This document shows positions 53,444-63,234 of a DNA stretch of 64,000 nt, one piece after another. The stretch is from positions 224,001 to 288,000 of the forward strand of contig JAXHNB010000005.1 in the NCBI GenBank assembly GCA_034520945.1. Reading direction: 5' to 3'. The position numbers were made by a program, and so were the translations under genes. Below the pieces are notes generated by a model, which was not told where the DNA came from, ran no database searches, and saw only the letters and a list, made by a program, of their open reading frames with translations. This DNA comes from Trueperaceae bacterium. Lineage in GTDB: Bacteria > Deinococcota > Deinococci > Deinococcales > Trueperaceae. Positions within the stretch are counted from its first letter, which is position 1. Every line of letters starts with the position of its first letter.

Positions 53444-54367
53444 ATGCGTTCCATCCTGACGAATCCGCTTGGCGCGCGGGCGCGGCGTGACACTCGCGCC
53501 GTTCTCGCCGCCGCGCTCACGGCGCTCCTGGCGTCGCTCGCGCTGGCGCCGGCCCAGGTCGCCGTCGAGGACGATCTCGGCCGCGAGGTGCGCTTGGTGG
53601 ACCCGGCCCAGCGCGTCGTGACCATGATCCCCACGCACACCGAGACCGTGTGCGCCCTGGACGCCTGCGATCTGCTCGTGGGGCGCGACACCTTCAGCAA
53701 TCATCCGCCCAGCGTCACCGAGCTTCCCGACCTGGGCAGCGCCTTCTCGCCCGACCTCGAAGCGCTGGTGGCGCTGGAACCGGACCTGGTGCTGACCGAC
53801 GAGTACAGCGGGATGGCGTCGTCACTGGACGACGTAAGCGTCCCCGCCTACGCCGGCACCGCGCAGACCCTCGAGGACGTCTGGCGCACCACCCGGCAGG
53901 TCGGCACCCTGTTGGGACGCGACGAGGAAGCGGCCGACCTGATCACAGCGGCGCAGGCGCGCGTGGCGGCGTTGACGGCGCGCGTGGAGGGCCGACCCGG
54001 GCCGAGCGTGTTCGTGGAGCTGGACGCCACGCCGTACAGCGTGGGCGAGACCTCGTACCTGGGGCGGCTGTTGACGCTCGCCGGCGGCGACAACGTCGTG
54101 CCCGCGGAGCTCGGCGAGTTCCCGCAGGTCGACCCGGAGCTGGTGATCGAGGCCGACCCCGAGGTCATCCTGCTGGCCGACGCCCCGCACGGTGAGAGCG
54201 CCGACACGGTCGCCGACCGCCCCGGTTGGGGCCAGCTCCGGGCCGTCCGCGAGGGCCGCGTGATCGAACTGACCCAGGCGCAGGTCGACCTGCTGACGCG
54301 GGCGGGACCCCGCCTGCCCGACGCCCTCGCGCTGCTCATCGAGCTCCTCCACCCGGACCTCGACTAG
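53444..54367 (+). CDS. btuF: Cobalamin ABC transporter substrate-binding protein
   Basis: DDLGREV, RVVTMIPTHTE, EALVALEPDLV, RAGPRL; riboswitch context. Confidence 0.85.
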   Translation: MRSILTNPLGARARRDTRAVLAAALTALLASLALAPAQVAVEDDLGREVRLVDPAQRVVTMIPTHTETVCALDACDLLVGRDTFSNHPPSVTELPDLGSAFSPDLEALVALEPDLVLTDEYSGMASSLDDVSVPAYAGTAQTLEDVWRTTRQVGTLLGRDEEAADLITAAQARVAALTARVEGRPGPSVFVELDATPYSVGETSYLGRLLTLAGGDNVVPAELGEFPQVDPELVIEADPEVILLADAPHGESADTVADRPGWGQLRAVREGRVIELTQAQVDLLTRAGPRLPDALALLIELLHPDLD

Positions 54368-55414
54368 GTGGCGCGCGCCGCGCGGGCTCCACGCGCCGGG
54401 CCGGCGGCCGCGCGCCGCGCCGGCCCGGTCGCGCTGTCGCTGCTTGCGTTGGCTGCCGTACTGGTGGTGTCGGTGACCGTCGGATCGGTGGCGGTGACGC
54501 CGGACCGTGTCTGGGGTGCGCTGATGCGCGGGATGGCCGGGGAGCTGGCCGGCCCGGCCGACGTGATCGTGTGGTCGGTCCGACTGCCGCGCGCCCTGCT
54601 GGCCGCCGGCGTCGGCGCCGCCCTCGGCCTGGCGGGCACGGCCTACCAAGCGGTGTTCCGGAACCCGCTGGCGGACCCCTACCTGCTGGGGGCGGCGTCC
54701 GGCGCGGGCTTCGGCGCGGCGCTGGTGATGGTGTACGGCGGCGTCGTCCCGGTGCTGGCGCAGCTGGGCGTGGGGCCGGTCGCGTTCGCGTTCGCGCTGG
54801 CGGCCGTGACGGTCGTGGTCGTGCTGGCCAGGCGCGGCGGGCACCTCCCCGTCACCTCGCTCATTCTCGCGGGCGTGGTGGTCGGGTCCAGCCTGTCGGC
54901 AGGGACCAGCTTCGTGATGCTCGCGGCCCGTGAACGCTCGACCGGCGTCCTGTCGTGGTTGCTGGGCAGCTTCGCGTTCGCGGGCTGGGACGACGTGAGC
55001 CGCGTCCTGCCCGCAGTGGCGGTCGCCGTGCTCCTCGGCGTGGCGGGGCGCCGGGCGTTCGATTTGCTGCAACTCGGGGACGCCTCGGCACGGCAACTCG
55101 GCCTACGGGTCGAGGCGTTCAAGGCGACGGTGATCGCCCTCGCCACCGTCCTCACCGCCGTCGCGGTGGCGGCGTGCGGCGTGATCGGGTTCGTCGGGCT
55201 GATCACGCCACACGCCGTCCGCCTGGCGCTCGGGCCCGGCCACGCCACGCTGGTACCGCTGGCCGCCGTGTGGGGCGCCACCTTCCTGATGGCGGCCGAC
55301 CTGCTGGCCCGCACCGCCATCGCGCCGGCCGAGATCCCCGTCGGCGTGGTGACGGCCCTCGCCGGCGGTCCGTTCTTCCTCTACCTGTTGCGCCGGGGCG
55401 GCGGTGCGACGTGA
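54368..55414 (+). CDS. btuC: FecCD/BtuC family permease
   Basis: RLPRAL, FRNPLADPYLLG, IGFVGL, EIPVGVVT. Confidence 0.88.
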   Translation: MARAARAPRAGPAAARRAGPVALSLLALAAVLVVSVTVGSVAVTPDRVWGALMRGMAGELAGPADVIVWSVRLPRALLAAGVGAALGLAGTAYQAVFRNPLADPYLLGAASGAGFGAALVMVYGGVVPVLAQLGVGPVAFAFALAAVTVVVVLARRGGHLPVTSLILAGVVVGSSLSAGTSFVMLAARERSTGVLSWLLGSFAFAGWDDVSRVLPAVAVAVLLGVAGRRAFDLLQLGDASARQLGLRVEAFKATVIALATVLTAVAVAACGVIGFVGLITPHAVRLALGPGHATLVPLAAVWGATFLMAADLLARTAIAPAEIPVGVVTALAGGPFFLYLLRRGGGAT

Positions 55415-56169
55415 GCCTACGGGCCGAGGGCCTCCATTTCGCGTACCCGGGCGGCCCGGCCGTGCTGCGGGGGGTAGACGCCGAGGTGGGCCGGGGCGAA
55501 CTGGTGGGCCTGGTGGGCCCCAACGGGACCGGCAAGTCGACGTTGGTGGCGGTACTGGCCGGGCAGGCGCGCCCCGGGGCGGGCGGCGTCACCTTGGACG
55601 GCCGCCCGCTGGGGCGCCTCCGCCGCCGCACCCTGGCGCGCCGCGTGGCGCTGGTGCCGCAACGACCGGAACTCCCCGAAGGGTTCGTCGCACGCGACAT
55701 CGTCCGCATGGGGCGCGCCCCGCACCTCGGCTTTCTGTCCTCCGAGCGTTCCCATGATCGCGACGTCGTCGAAGCGGCCATGCGTCGGACCGACACCTGG
55801 CGGCTGCGCGAGGCGCGCGTCGGCACGCTGTCCGGCGGCGAACGCCAGCGGGTGGTGCTGGCCCGCGGGTTGGCCCAAGAGCCGGACTGGCTCCTGATGG
55901 ACGAGCCCACCACCCACCTGGATCTGCGCTTCCAGGCGGAGCTGATGCGGCACGCCGCCGACCTCGCGTCGGCCGGCCTCGGGGTGTTCGCGGTGCTGCA
56001 CGACCTGAACCTCGCGGCCCGCTGCGACCGCGTGCTGCTGCTGGCCGGGGGGCGCATCGTCGCCTCGGGCCCGCCGGGCGAGGTGTTCGACGCGACGCTG
56101 CTCGCCTCGGTGTTCGGCACGCCCGTTCGCGTGCTGCCGGGGGTCCGGCCGGTGGTCCTGGCGGAGTGA
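55411..56169 (+). CDS. btuD: Cobalamin ABC transporter ATPase
   Basis: GPNGTGKST, LSGGERQR, DEPTTHLD, LHDLNLA. Confidence 0.85.
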   Translation: MSLRAEGLHFAYPGGPAVLRGVDAEVGRGELVGLVGPNGTGKSTLVAVLAGQARPGAGGVTLDGRPLGRLRRRTLARRVALVPQRPELPEGFVARDIVRMGRAPHLGFLSSERSHDRDVVEAAMRRTDTWRLREARVGTLSGGERQRVVLARGLAQEPDWLLMDEPTTHLDLRFQAELMRHAADLASAGLGVFAVLHDLNLAARCDRVLLLAGGRIVASGPPGEVFDATLLASVFGTPVRVLPGVRPVVLAE

Positions 56170-56189
56170 CCCGGGCCGTGACCCGGGCG

Positions 56190-57368
56190 TCAGCGCCGCC
56201 GGCGTCGGCCGCGGCTCCGGGGCAGGGCGTCCGCGTCGGGATCGAACAGGCTCTGCACTCGGGTCGCCAGGCGGTAGTAGGCGACCAGCGCCTCCGTCGC
56301 GGCGCGCCAGCCGTACGGCTCCATGTCCTGGCGCGCCTGGCGGCCGAGCCGCAATCGGAGCACGTCGTCGGTCAGGAGGCGCCGAAGCTGCTCGGTCAGT
56401 TCCCCCAGGTCGCCGGGGGTGAACATCAGGCCGTTCTCGCCGTGCCGAATCACGTCCGGAATCCCGCCCGCCCGCGCCCCGACGGCCGGCACGCCGGACG
56501 CCATCGCCTCCATCGCCACGAAGCCGAGCGTCTCCGTGTCGGACGGGAAGGCGAACACGTCGGCGCTGGCGTAGGCCGCGGCCAGCTCCTCGCCCGCCAG
56601 GTAGCCCGTGAACACCGTCCGGGTTCCTTCGAACCGGCGGCGAAGCTCCTCCTCGGCCGGCCCCGAGCCCACGAACGCCAGGCGCACGTTCGGGAGCCGC
56701 GTCACCGGCGCGTACAGCCAGTCCAGGCGCTTCTCGAAGGAGAGGCGGCCCACGTAGAGCATCAACGGGTCGTCCGGGTGGCCGTCCGTCAACCGCGCGC
56801 GCATTGCCGGGTCGTAGCGGTTGGGGTGGTACAGCTCGGTGTCGACCGCCTTCGGCCACAGGCGCACTCGCTGGATGCCCAGGCCTCGCGCCGAGTTGAC
56901 CATCGGCCGGCTGGTGCACAGGTTGACGTGCGCCTGGTTGTGCACGTCGCGCAGGAACGTCTCGGAGATGGACCCGAGGAAGTTCAGGCGCAGGTGCTTG
57001 GCGTACTGCGTGATGTCGGTGTGGTAGCTGGCCAGGAGCGGCAGGTTGCGCTGCCGCGCGACCATCGTGCCCCATAGCCCCAGGATGACCGGGTTCACCA
57101 CGTGCACCACGTGGGGGCGGAAGGTGTCGAGCTCGCGGCCGATGCGGGGCCGCGGCAGACCGAGGAACAGTTCGGGGTACCAGGGCCGGAACGGCACGCT
57201 GGGGACCCGGACCACCGGGTAGCCGACCGCCTCCGCGGGGGGGCGGCCCGGCGCGAAGATCACCACCTCGTGCCCCAGCTCGCGCAGGCGTTCCAGCGTG
57301 CGCACCACGCGGGTGACGACGCCGTCGACCTTCGGCAGGAACGTTTCGGTGAAGAGCGCGATGCGCAC
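56190..57368 (-). CDS. sqdX: GT4 glycosyltransferase, SqdX-like sulfoquinovosyltransferase
   Basis: MRIALFTETFLPKVDGVV, ASYHT, YVGRLSFEK, ETLGFVAMEAMASG; directly downstream of sqdB. Confidence 0.8.
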   Translation of the reverse strand: MRIALFTETFLPKVDGVVTRVVRTLERLRELGHEVVIFAPGRPPAEAVGYPVVRVPSVPFRPWYPELFLGLPRPRIGRELDTFRPHVVHVVNPVILGLWGTMVARQRNLPLLASYHTDITQYAKHLRLNFLGSISETFLRDVHNQAHVNLCTSRPMVNSARGLGIQRVRLWPKAVDTELYHPNRYDPAMRARLTDGHPDDPLMLYVGRLSFEKRLDWLYAPVTRLPNVRLAFVGSGPAEEELRRRFEGTRTVFTGYLAGEELAAAYASADVFAFPSDTETLGFVAMEAMASGVPAVGARAGGIPDVIRHGENGLMFTPGDLGELTEQLRRLLTDDVLRLRLGRQARQDMEPYGWRAATEALVAYYRLATRVQSLFDPDADALPRSRGRRRRR

Positions 57369-57389
57369 GGCGGCGAAGGAGCGCGTTCC

Positions 57390-58603
57390 TCAGCGACCGT
57401 TGCCGGTGGGGGTGGGCGTGGGGGGCACGCCCGGCTTCTGGCGTTTGGTCCAGGTGCTGGTGGCGGGGATCTTGCTCGTGTCGGCGCGGTGGGCGTATTC
57501 GCGGGCGATGTCGGTGACCTCGGCGAGGAGGCCTTCTTGGAGGGTGGTGGGGTCGAGGCCCATGTCGAGGAAGAGGTCGTTTCTGACGTGGAGGTCGTTC
57601 TCTGCGTCTTCGTTGCGGGGGTTGTCGGTGTAGGCCACCTCGGCGCCGGCGATGTTGGCGACGAGTTCGGCGAGGTCGCGGATGCGGTGGGTTTCGGTCA
57701 TTTGGTTGAGGATCTTGACGCGTTCGCCGGGGTCGGGGGGGTTTTCGAGGGCGAGTTGGATGCAGCGGACGGTGTCGCGGATGTGGATGAAGGCTCTGGT
57801 TTGGCCGCCGGTGCCGTGGACGGTGAGGGGGTAGTGCGCGGCGGCTTGCATCAGGAAGCGGTTGAGGACGGTGCCGTAGTCGCCGTCGTAGTCGAAGCGG
57901 TTGATGAGGCGTTCGTCCTGGTCGCACTCCGGGGTGTGGGTGCCCCAGACGATGCCTTGGTGGAGGTCGGTGATGCGGAGGCGGTCGTTCTTGGCGTAGT
58001 AGGCGAAGAACAGTTGGTCTTGGGTTTTGGTCATGTGGTAGATGCTGCCGGGGTTGGGGGGTAGAGGATCTCTTGTTGGACTTTGCTGCCGTCGTCGGTG
58101 GTGACTTCGACGGGGAGGTAGCCTTCGGGGATTTTCATGCCGGCGGTGCCGTAGCCGTAGACGCCCATGGTGCCGAGGTGGGCGAGGTGCACGTCGAGGC
58201 CGCTCTCTACGATGGCGGCGAGGACGTTGTGGGTGGCGTTGAGGTTGTTGTCGACGGTGTAGCGCTTGTGGGCGCTGCTTTTCATGGAGTAGGGGGCGGC
58301 GCGTTGTTCGGCGAAGTGGACGATGGCGTCGGGTTTCTCGTCCTGGATCAACGTGAGCAGGCGGTGGTAGTTCTTGGCGACGTCGAGGCGTTCGAAGCGG
58401 ATCTCGCGTCCGCTGACCTCGCGCCAGGCCTGCAGTCGGGTGCCCATGTATTGGATGGGGGTGAGGCTGGTGGCTTCGAGTTCGTTGTCGATGTTGCGCC
58501 TCGAGAGGTTGTCGATGATGGTCACGTCGTGGCCGAGGTTGCTGAGGTGCAGGCTGGTGGGCCAGCCGCAGAAGCCGTCGCCGCCGAGGATGAAGATCTT
58601 CAT
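57390..58603 (-). pseudogene. sqdB: UDP-sulfoquinovose synthase, split by a 1-nt frameshift at about 58056-58061 (may be a sequencing error)
   Basis: MKIFILGGDGFCGWP, HFAEQRAAPYSMKS, LGTMGVYGY in one frame; NPGSIYHMTK, DLHQGIVWG, NRFDYDGDYGTVLNRF in another; junction lies in a G6 run. Confidence 0.85.
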
Positions 58604-58706
58604 GTCCGGTCCTCCGAACGCGGGAAATGGCCGAGCAAGACACGCCTCGCCCAGCCTGTGTGCGTGCCGGGAGTCTAGCATCGGCGCCCGCGGGGCCGCC
58701 GGACCG

Positions 58707-59912
58707 TCACGCACGCGGGCGGAACCGGCGCAGCCACGTCCGCCACTTGCGGGCCAGCAGCCTGCGCCGGTACGCCTGCGCCCCCGCCCGCCACTCGCCG
58801 CTGGCCAGCAGGGACCACAGCACCACCACCGAAATGAAGAACGGATGGAGGAGTGACCACCCCACGAGCGCAGGCCGCAGCAGGTCCTCGCGTCCCAGTT
58901 GACGCGCCCCGATGGACATCCCGACCAGCTGCATCGCCACTTCGGCGCCCCACACGCCCGCCACCCAAGGCACCAAAGCGGGAATCCACGGCGTCAGCAC
59001 GATGCTGGACGACAGCACCACGCTGTGCGCGCCCAATACGGCGATCCCCGCGAAGAACGCCGGATGGTAGTGCACAACGTGGTGGTAGCGCGACACCCAG
59101 CGCCGACGCTGCCGAAGCAGGGCGCCCCACGAACGCGCCGGTTTGGTCAGCACGCGCGTCTCGGGCAGGCTCGCGAACGCCATGCGGCTACGCGGCAGCC
59201 GGCCCAGCCGCTGCGCCAGCAGGTCCTCGTCGCCGCTGGGCGCCCGCCCCGGCGCGCCGAACCCGCCGGCGGCGTCGAAGGCCGCGCGCCGGTAGGCCTG
59301 GTTGTTGGCGCTGGACGCGAACTTGAACCCAAGGCGCGTTAAGGAGCGCGACGTCAGCATCAACGACAACCAGTCGATGGTCTCGAACAGGTGCAACCAG
59401 CGCGAGGCCTGGTTCTTGCGCGTCGTTTCGACGTACCCGACCACCATGACTACGCCCGGCGCGAAGTGGGCGACCATGCGTTCCAGCCACCCCGCTGGGT
59501 AGCGGCAGTCGGCATCGCTGGTCACCACGATCTCGCCGCTGGAGGCGCGGATGCCGTGGTCTACCGCGTTTACCTTGGGTGACAGTCGGGTGCTGGGCGC
59601 GCGGACCTGGACCAGGCGCACGCGCGCGTCCCGGGCCGCCGCCCGCCGTACGACCTCGGCCGTCGTGTCTTCCGAGCGGTCGTCGACGATCACGAACTCG
59701 GCCTGGCCCGGATACGTCTGCGCGCTGAGCGACGCCAGCGTGTCCGGCAGGTCCCGCTCTTCGTTGTGCGCAGGGATCACGACCGACACGGATGGGCGCG
59801 CAGCCACCTGCGGTTCGCGGCCACGCAGGAACATGCCTGCCGCCACCAGCCCCATGGACGACAGGTAGATCACGGCCAGCAGGCACAACGAGACGACGTG
59901 GACTTCGAACAC
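58707..59912 (-). CDS. GT2 family glycosyltransferase with TM helices
   Basis: VIPAHNEE, VDDRSED, SDADC, SGDED, QRRRW. Confidence 0.88.
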   Translation of the reverse strand: MFEVHVVSLCLLAVIYLSSMGLVAAGMFLRGREPQVAARPSVSVVIPAHNEERDLPDTLASLSAQTYPGQAEFVIVDDRSEDTTAEVVRRAAARDARVRLVQVRAPSTRLSPKVNAVDHGIRASSGEIVVTSDADCRYPAGWLERMVAHFAPGVVMVVGYVETTRKNQASRWLHLFETIDWLSLMLTSRSLTRLGFKFASSANNQAYRRAAFDAAGGFGAPGRAPSGDEDLLAQRLGRLPRSRMAFASLPETRVLTKPARSWGALLRQRRRWVSRYHHVVHYHPAFFAGIAVLGAHSVVLSSSIVLTPWIPALVPWVAGVWGAEVAMQLVGMSIGARQLGREDLLRPALVGWSLLHPFFISVVVLWSLLASGEWRAGAQAYRRRLLARKWRTWLRRFRPRA

Positions 59913-60004
59913 AGGGGAAGCCCTCCAGGGGCGTTCCAGAGCGTAGCACGCGCCGGCGAACGCGCTCTACGCGCGGGCCCAGACCGCTGCGGTAGCGTCG
60001 CGCC

Positions 60005-62338
60005 ATGCCGCCGCCCACCGCCTCCGATACGGAGGGCCCCGCCGCGTTCGAAAGCTTCCACGCCTGGCTGCGTTCGCTTCCTGACGGCGCCGAGCGTATC
60101 GCCGCGCACGCCTTCCTGCCGCCCCGCTCGGGCCGCCAAGGGGGCGAGGTGGCCGCGCCGTACCGGTCGTGGCTGCGGCGCCTGGGCCTGACGCCATGGC
60201 GGCACCAGGCCATCGCCTTGAACCACCTGGCGGGCGGCCGGGACGTGGTGCTGGCGACGCCGACGGCTTCGGGCAAGTCGCTGGCGTATCAGCTGCCCGC
60301 GCTGCACGCGGTGGACGCGGACCGCACCGCCCTGCTGATGTTTCCCACCAAGGCGCTGGCCAACGATCAGTGGGCGGCGCTGTGCGCCATGGCGGAGGCG
60401 GCGGGCCTCGACCTGCCCGAGCGGGGCATCGCGCGCTACGACGGCGACACGCCGCGCCAGGCGCGGCGCCGGCTGCGCGAAGAGGCGTCGGTGGTGCTGA
60501 CCAATCCGGACATGCTGCACCTCGGGATCCTCCCCTTCCACGCCGGCTGGGCGTCGTTCCTGGCCCGCCTGGACGTGATCGTCATCGACGAGCTGCACGC
60601 CTACCGCGGCGTGCTGGGGAGCCATGTCGCGGGCGTGCTCCGTAGGCTGCTCCGCCTGGCGGCGCACTACGGCGCACGGCCGCGCGTGGTGGCGGCCAGT
60701 GCCACCATTCAAAACCCCGCGGGGCTGTACCGCGCGCTGAGTGGCCGCGACGCGGAGATCGTGGCCGAGGACGACGCCCCGCACGGCCCACGCGAGGTCG
60801 TGTTCTGGGAGCCGCCGGCCCGCCCCGGCGGGGACGGGCGACGCCGCAGTCCGGTGGCGGAGGCGGCGGGCTTGGCGGCGACCTTCGTTCGCACAGGCGT
60901 GAAGAGCCTGTTCTTCTGCAACTCCCGCAAGGCCGCGGAGCTGGTGCGCCGGTACGCGGCCGCGCACCTGAGCGACGCGGAGGCGCGCACCATCGACGCC
61001 TACCGGGCCGGCTACGACGCCTCGGAGCGCAGCGCGATCGAGGCGTCGTTCCGTCGCGGCGAGGTGCGGGTGCTGGTGTCCACCAGCGCCATGGAGCTCG
61101 GCGTGGACGTCGGCGGCGTGGACGCCGTCGTGATGGTGGGGTACCCGGGCTCGATCATGTCGTTCTGGCAGCGGGCCGGACGTGCCGGTCGCGGCGGGGC
61201 GCGCTCGTTGACGCTGCTGGTTCCCGGCGACGACCCGCTCGACGACCACTACCTACGCCATCCGCACCAGGTCACCGACGGAAGCGTCGAGGCGGCCGTG
61301 GCGGATCCGCACAACGAGGTGATCCACCCGGCGCACGTGGTGTGCGCCGCGGCGGAACGCCCCGTCCACCCGGGGGAGGACTGGTTGCGTCCGGGGCTCG
61401 ACCTGGAGGCCGTGCCGGGGCTGTACGCGCTCGGGTCACGGTACGCCTCGGTGCGTCGCTTCCCGCAGCGGCGGGTTTCGCTCCGGGGGGGCGGGGGGCG
61501 GCGGGTCCGGTTGGTGGAGGCGTCGAGCGGTCGTTCGTTGGGTCACGCCGACGCCGGGCGCGCCGTGCGGGAGCTGCACCCGGGGGCGGTACACCTGTAC
61601 CGGGGCGAACCGTACCTGGTGGTGGACCTGGACCTGGAGGCGGCCACGGCGACGCTGGTGCCGCACATCGAGGACTGGTACACCCAGGTCCGCGGCGAGA
61701 CGCGCGTCGAGATCCTGGACGGCGCCCAGGGCGGCGACACCGGGCGGCGCGTGGCCGAGCTGCTGTCCCTTCCGCCCGGCGTGCGCGTCGGCCGGGTACG
61801 CGTGGTGGAGGAGGTGACGTCGTACGTCCGCAAGCGCTACCGCACCGAGGCGATCCTGGAGGAGGTGCCCCTCGATCTGCCGGAGAGCAGCTACCTCACA
61901 CGCGCGATGTGGACGACGTTCACACCCGAGGCGACGGACGGCGTGCTGCCCGCCGGTTCGCTTCCCGCCGCGATGCATGCCCTGGAGCACGCCATGATCG
62001 GGCTGCTGCCCGCGTTCGTGCTGTGCGAGCGGGCCGACGTGGGCGGGGTGTCGTACCCGCTGCACCCGCAGTTGGCCGAGCCGGCCATGTTCGTGTACGA
62101 CGGCGCGCCGGGGGGCGTGGGGTACGCGGAGGCCGGCGCGTCGCAGCTGCAGCGTTGGCTGGCTGCGGCGCACGCGCGCTTGCGCGATTGCCCCTGTCGT
62201 GCCGGGTGCCCCCGCTGCATCCTCTCGCCCAAGTGCGGAAACGGCAATCAATACCTCGACAAGGCGGCCGCCTTCGCGCTGGCGGACGCGTGGGCCGGGC
62301 GGTTGGCGGAGGGCGCCGCGGCGGTCGTGCGGGCGTGA
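60005..62338 (+). CDS. DEAD/DEAH helicase with DUF1998 (MrfA/YprA/SftH-like)
   Basis: TPTASGKSL, PTKALANDQ, DELH, SAT, QRAGRAGR, YDGAPGGVG, CPCRAGCPRC. Confidence 0.92.
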   Translation: MPPPTASDTEGPAAFESFHAWLRSLPDGAERIAAHAFLPPRSGRQGGEVAAPYRSWLRRLGLTPWRHQAIALNHLAGGRDVVLATPTASGKSLAYQLPALHAVDADRTALLMFPTKALANDQWAALCAMAEAAGLDLPERGIARYDGDTPRQARRRLREEASVVLTNPDMLHLGILPFHAGWASFLARLDVIVIDELHAYRGVLGSHVAGVLRRLLRLAAHYGARPRVVAASATIQNPAGLYRALSGRDAEIVAEDDAPHGPREVVFWEPPARPGGDGRRRSPVAEAAGLAATFVRTGVKSLFFCNSRKAAELVRRYAAAHLSDAEARTIDAYRAGYDASERSAIEASFRRGEVRVLVSTSAMELGVDVGGVDAVVMVGYPGSIMSFWQRAGRAGRGGARSLTLLVPGDDPLDDHYLRHPHQVTDGSVEAAVADPHNEVIHPAHVVCAAAERPVHPGEDWLRPGLDLEAVPGLYALGSRYASVRRFPQRRVSLRGGGGRRVRLVEASSGRSLGHADAGRAVRELHPGAVHLYRGEPYLVVDLDLEAATATLVPHIEDWYTQVRGETRVEILDGAQGGDTGRRVAELLSLPPGVRVGRVRVVEEVTSYVRKRYRTEAILEEVPLDLPESSYLTRAMWTTFTPEATDGVLPAGSLPAAMHALEHAMIGLLPAFVLCERADVGGVSYPLHPQLAEPAMFVYDGAPGGVGYAEAGASQLQRWLAAAHARLRDCPCRAGCPRCILSPKCGNGNQYLDKAAAFALADAWAGRLAEGAAAVVRA

Positions 62339-62369
62339 GCTGCACCCCTGGGTGCTACACTGCGCGGCC

Positions 62370-63230
62370 ATGCGCGTCGGATTCGTCACCAACCTGCTGT
62401 GGGATCGGTACGGCCCGTTCTGGGTGGGGTTGCTCGAGGCCGCAGGCGCGGAGGTCCGACTGCCCGACCCCGAGCGCGTGCGGAAGGTGTGGGACGATCC
62501 GCGCCTCGACGTGGTGGCGGGGACCGCGTTTCGGCGCGCCGTCGCCGAGGCGCTGGCGCTGGCCGGGTGCGACCGGATCGTCGCGCCGGCGTTGAACCCC
62601 GGGTACGAAGGTTCGCGCGGCAGCGCGCAGGATCCGTTCGTGGCGCGCTTCCCCGAAGCGTTGGCGCAGGCGGTGCCCGGCCTGCCGCCGGTGGTGGCGG
62701 TGCCGGCCGATCTGGAGGCGCCGGGACTGGCGCCACTGGCCATCGACACCCTGCAGATGGTGGCGCCGGGGCCCGCCGCGGTGCGGCGGGTATGGCAGAC
62801 GCACCGCGCGTCGGCTCGGCCGCCTCGGCCCCCGGGCGGCATGCCGGAGGCGCCGCCCTCGACCGACGTCGTCGCGTTGGTCGGTCAGCCGTGGTCGTTG
62901 AACGAGGGCGTGGAGCGGGCGTTGCAGGGGCCGGGGGAGCTGGTGGTGTCGGCCGCGCGCTTCCCCCCGCGCGCGTTGCGCGAGGAGGGGACGCGCGTCG
63001 AGGCGGGCCTGGCGCCGACCGACGCCGAGGCGCTGGGGGCGGTGCGGCGATTCGCCCGCAGCGGCACCGTGACGCGGGTGCGGATGGTGGTGGATCCCGC
63101 CTCGGGCGCGGACGCATGGTTGGCGCGCAGGGCGCAGGCCTGGGTGCGCCGGCCGTTCGAGACCGTGCCGCCGCCCGATCTCGGGGCGCACGAGGACGCC
63201 GCCGCGTCCACGGCGTTCCCAGAGGACTGA
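62370..63230 (+). CDS. Hypothetical protein, DUF2229 (CoA-enzyme activase-related)-like N-terminus
   Basis: MRVGFVTNLLWDRYGPFWVGLLEAAGAEV resembles the DUF2229 N-terminus; TACACT upstream of ATG. Confidence 0.5.
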   Translation: MRVGFVTNLLWDRYGPFWVGLLEAAGAEVRLPDPERVRKVWDDPRLDVVAGTAFRRAVAEALALAGCDRIVAPALNPGYEGSRGSAQDPFVARFPEALAQAVPGLPPVVAVPADLEAPGLAPLAIDTLQMVAPGPAAVRRVWQTHRASARPPRPPGGMPEAPPSTDVVALVGQPWSLNEGVERALQGPGELVVSAARFPPRALREEGTRVEAGLAPTDAEALGAVRRFARSGTVTRVRMVVDPASGADAWLARRAQAWVRRPFETVPPPDLGAHEDAAASTAFPED

Positions 63231-63234
63231 CGCC

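Noticed and set aside
60005..62338. DUF1998 helicase as an anti-phage (DISARM/Druantia) component
   Set aside because: No methylase, SNF2 or PLD partners are nearby, and the context is housekeeping.
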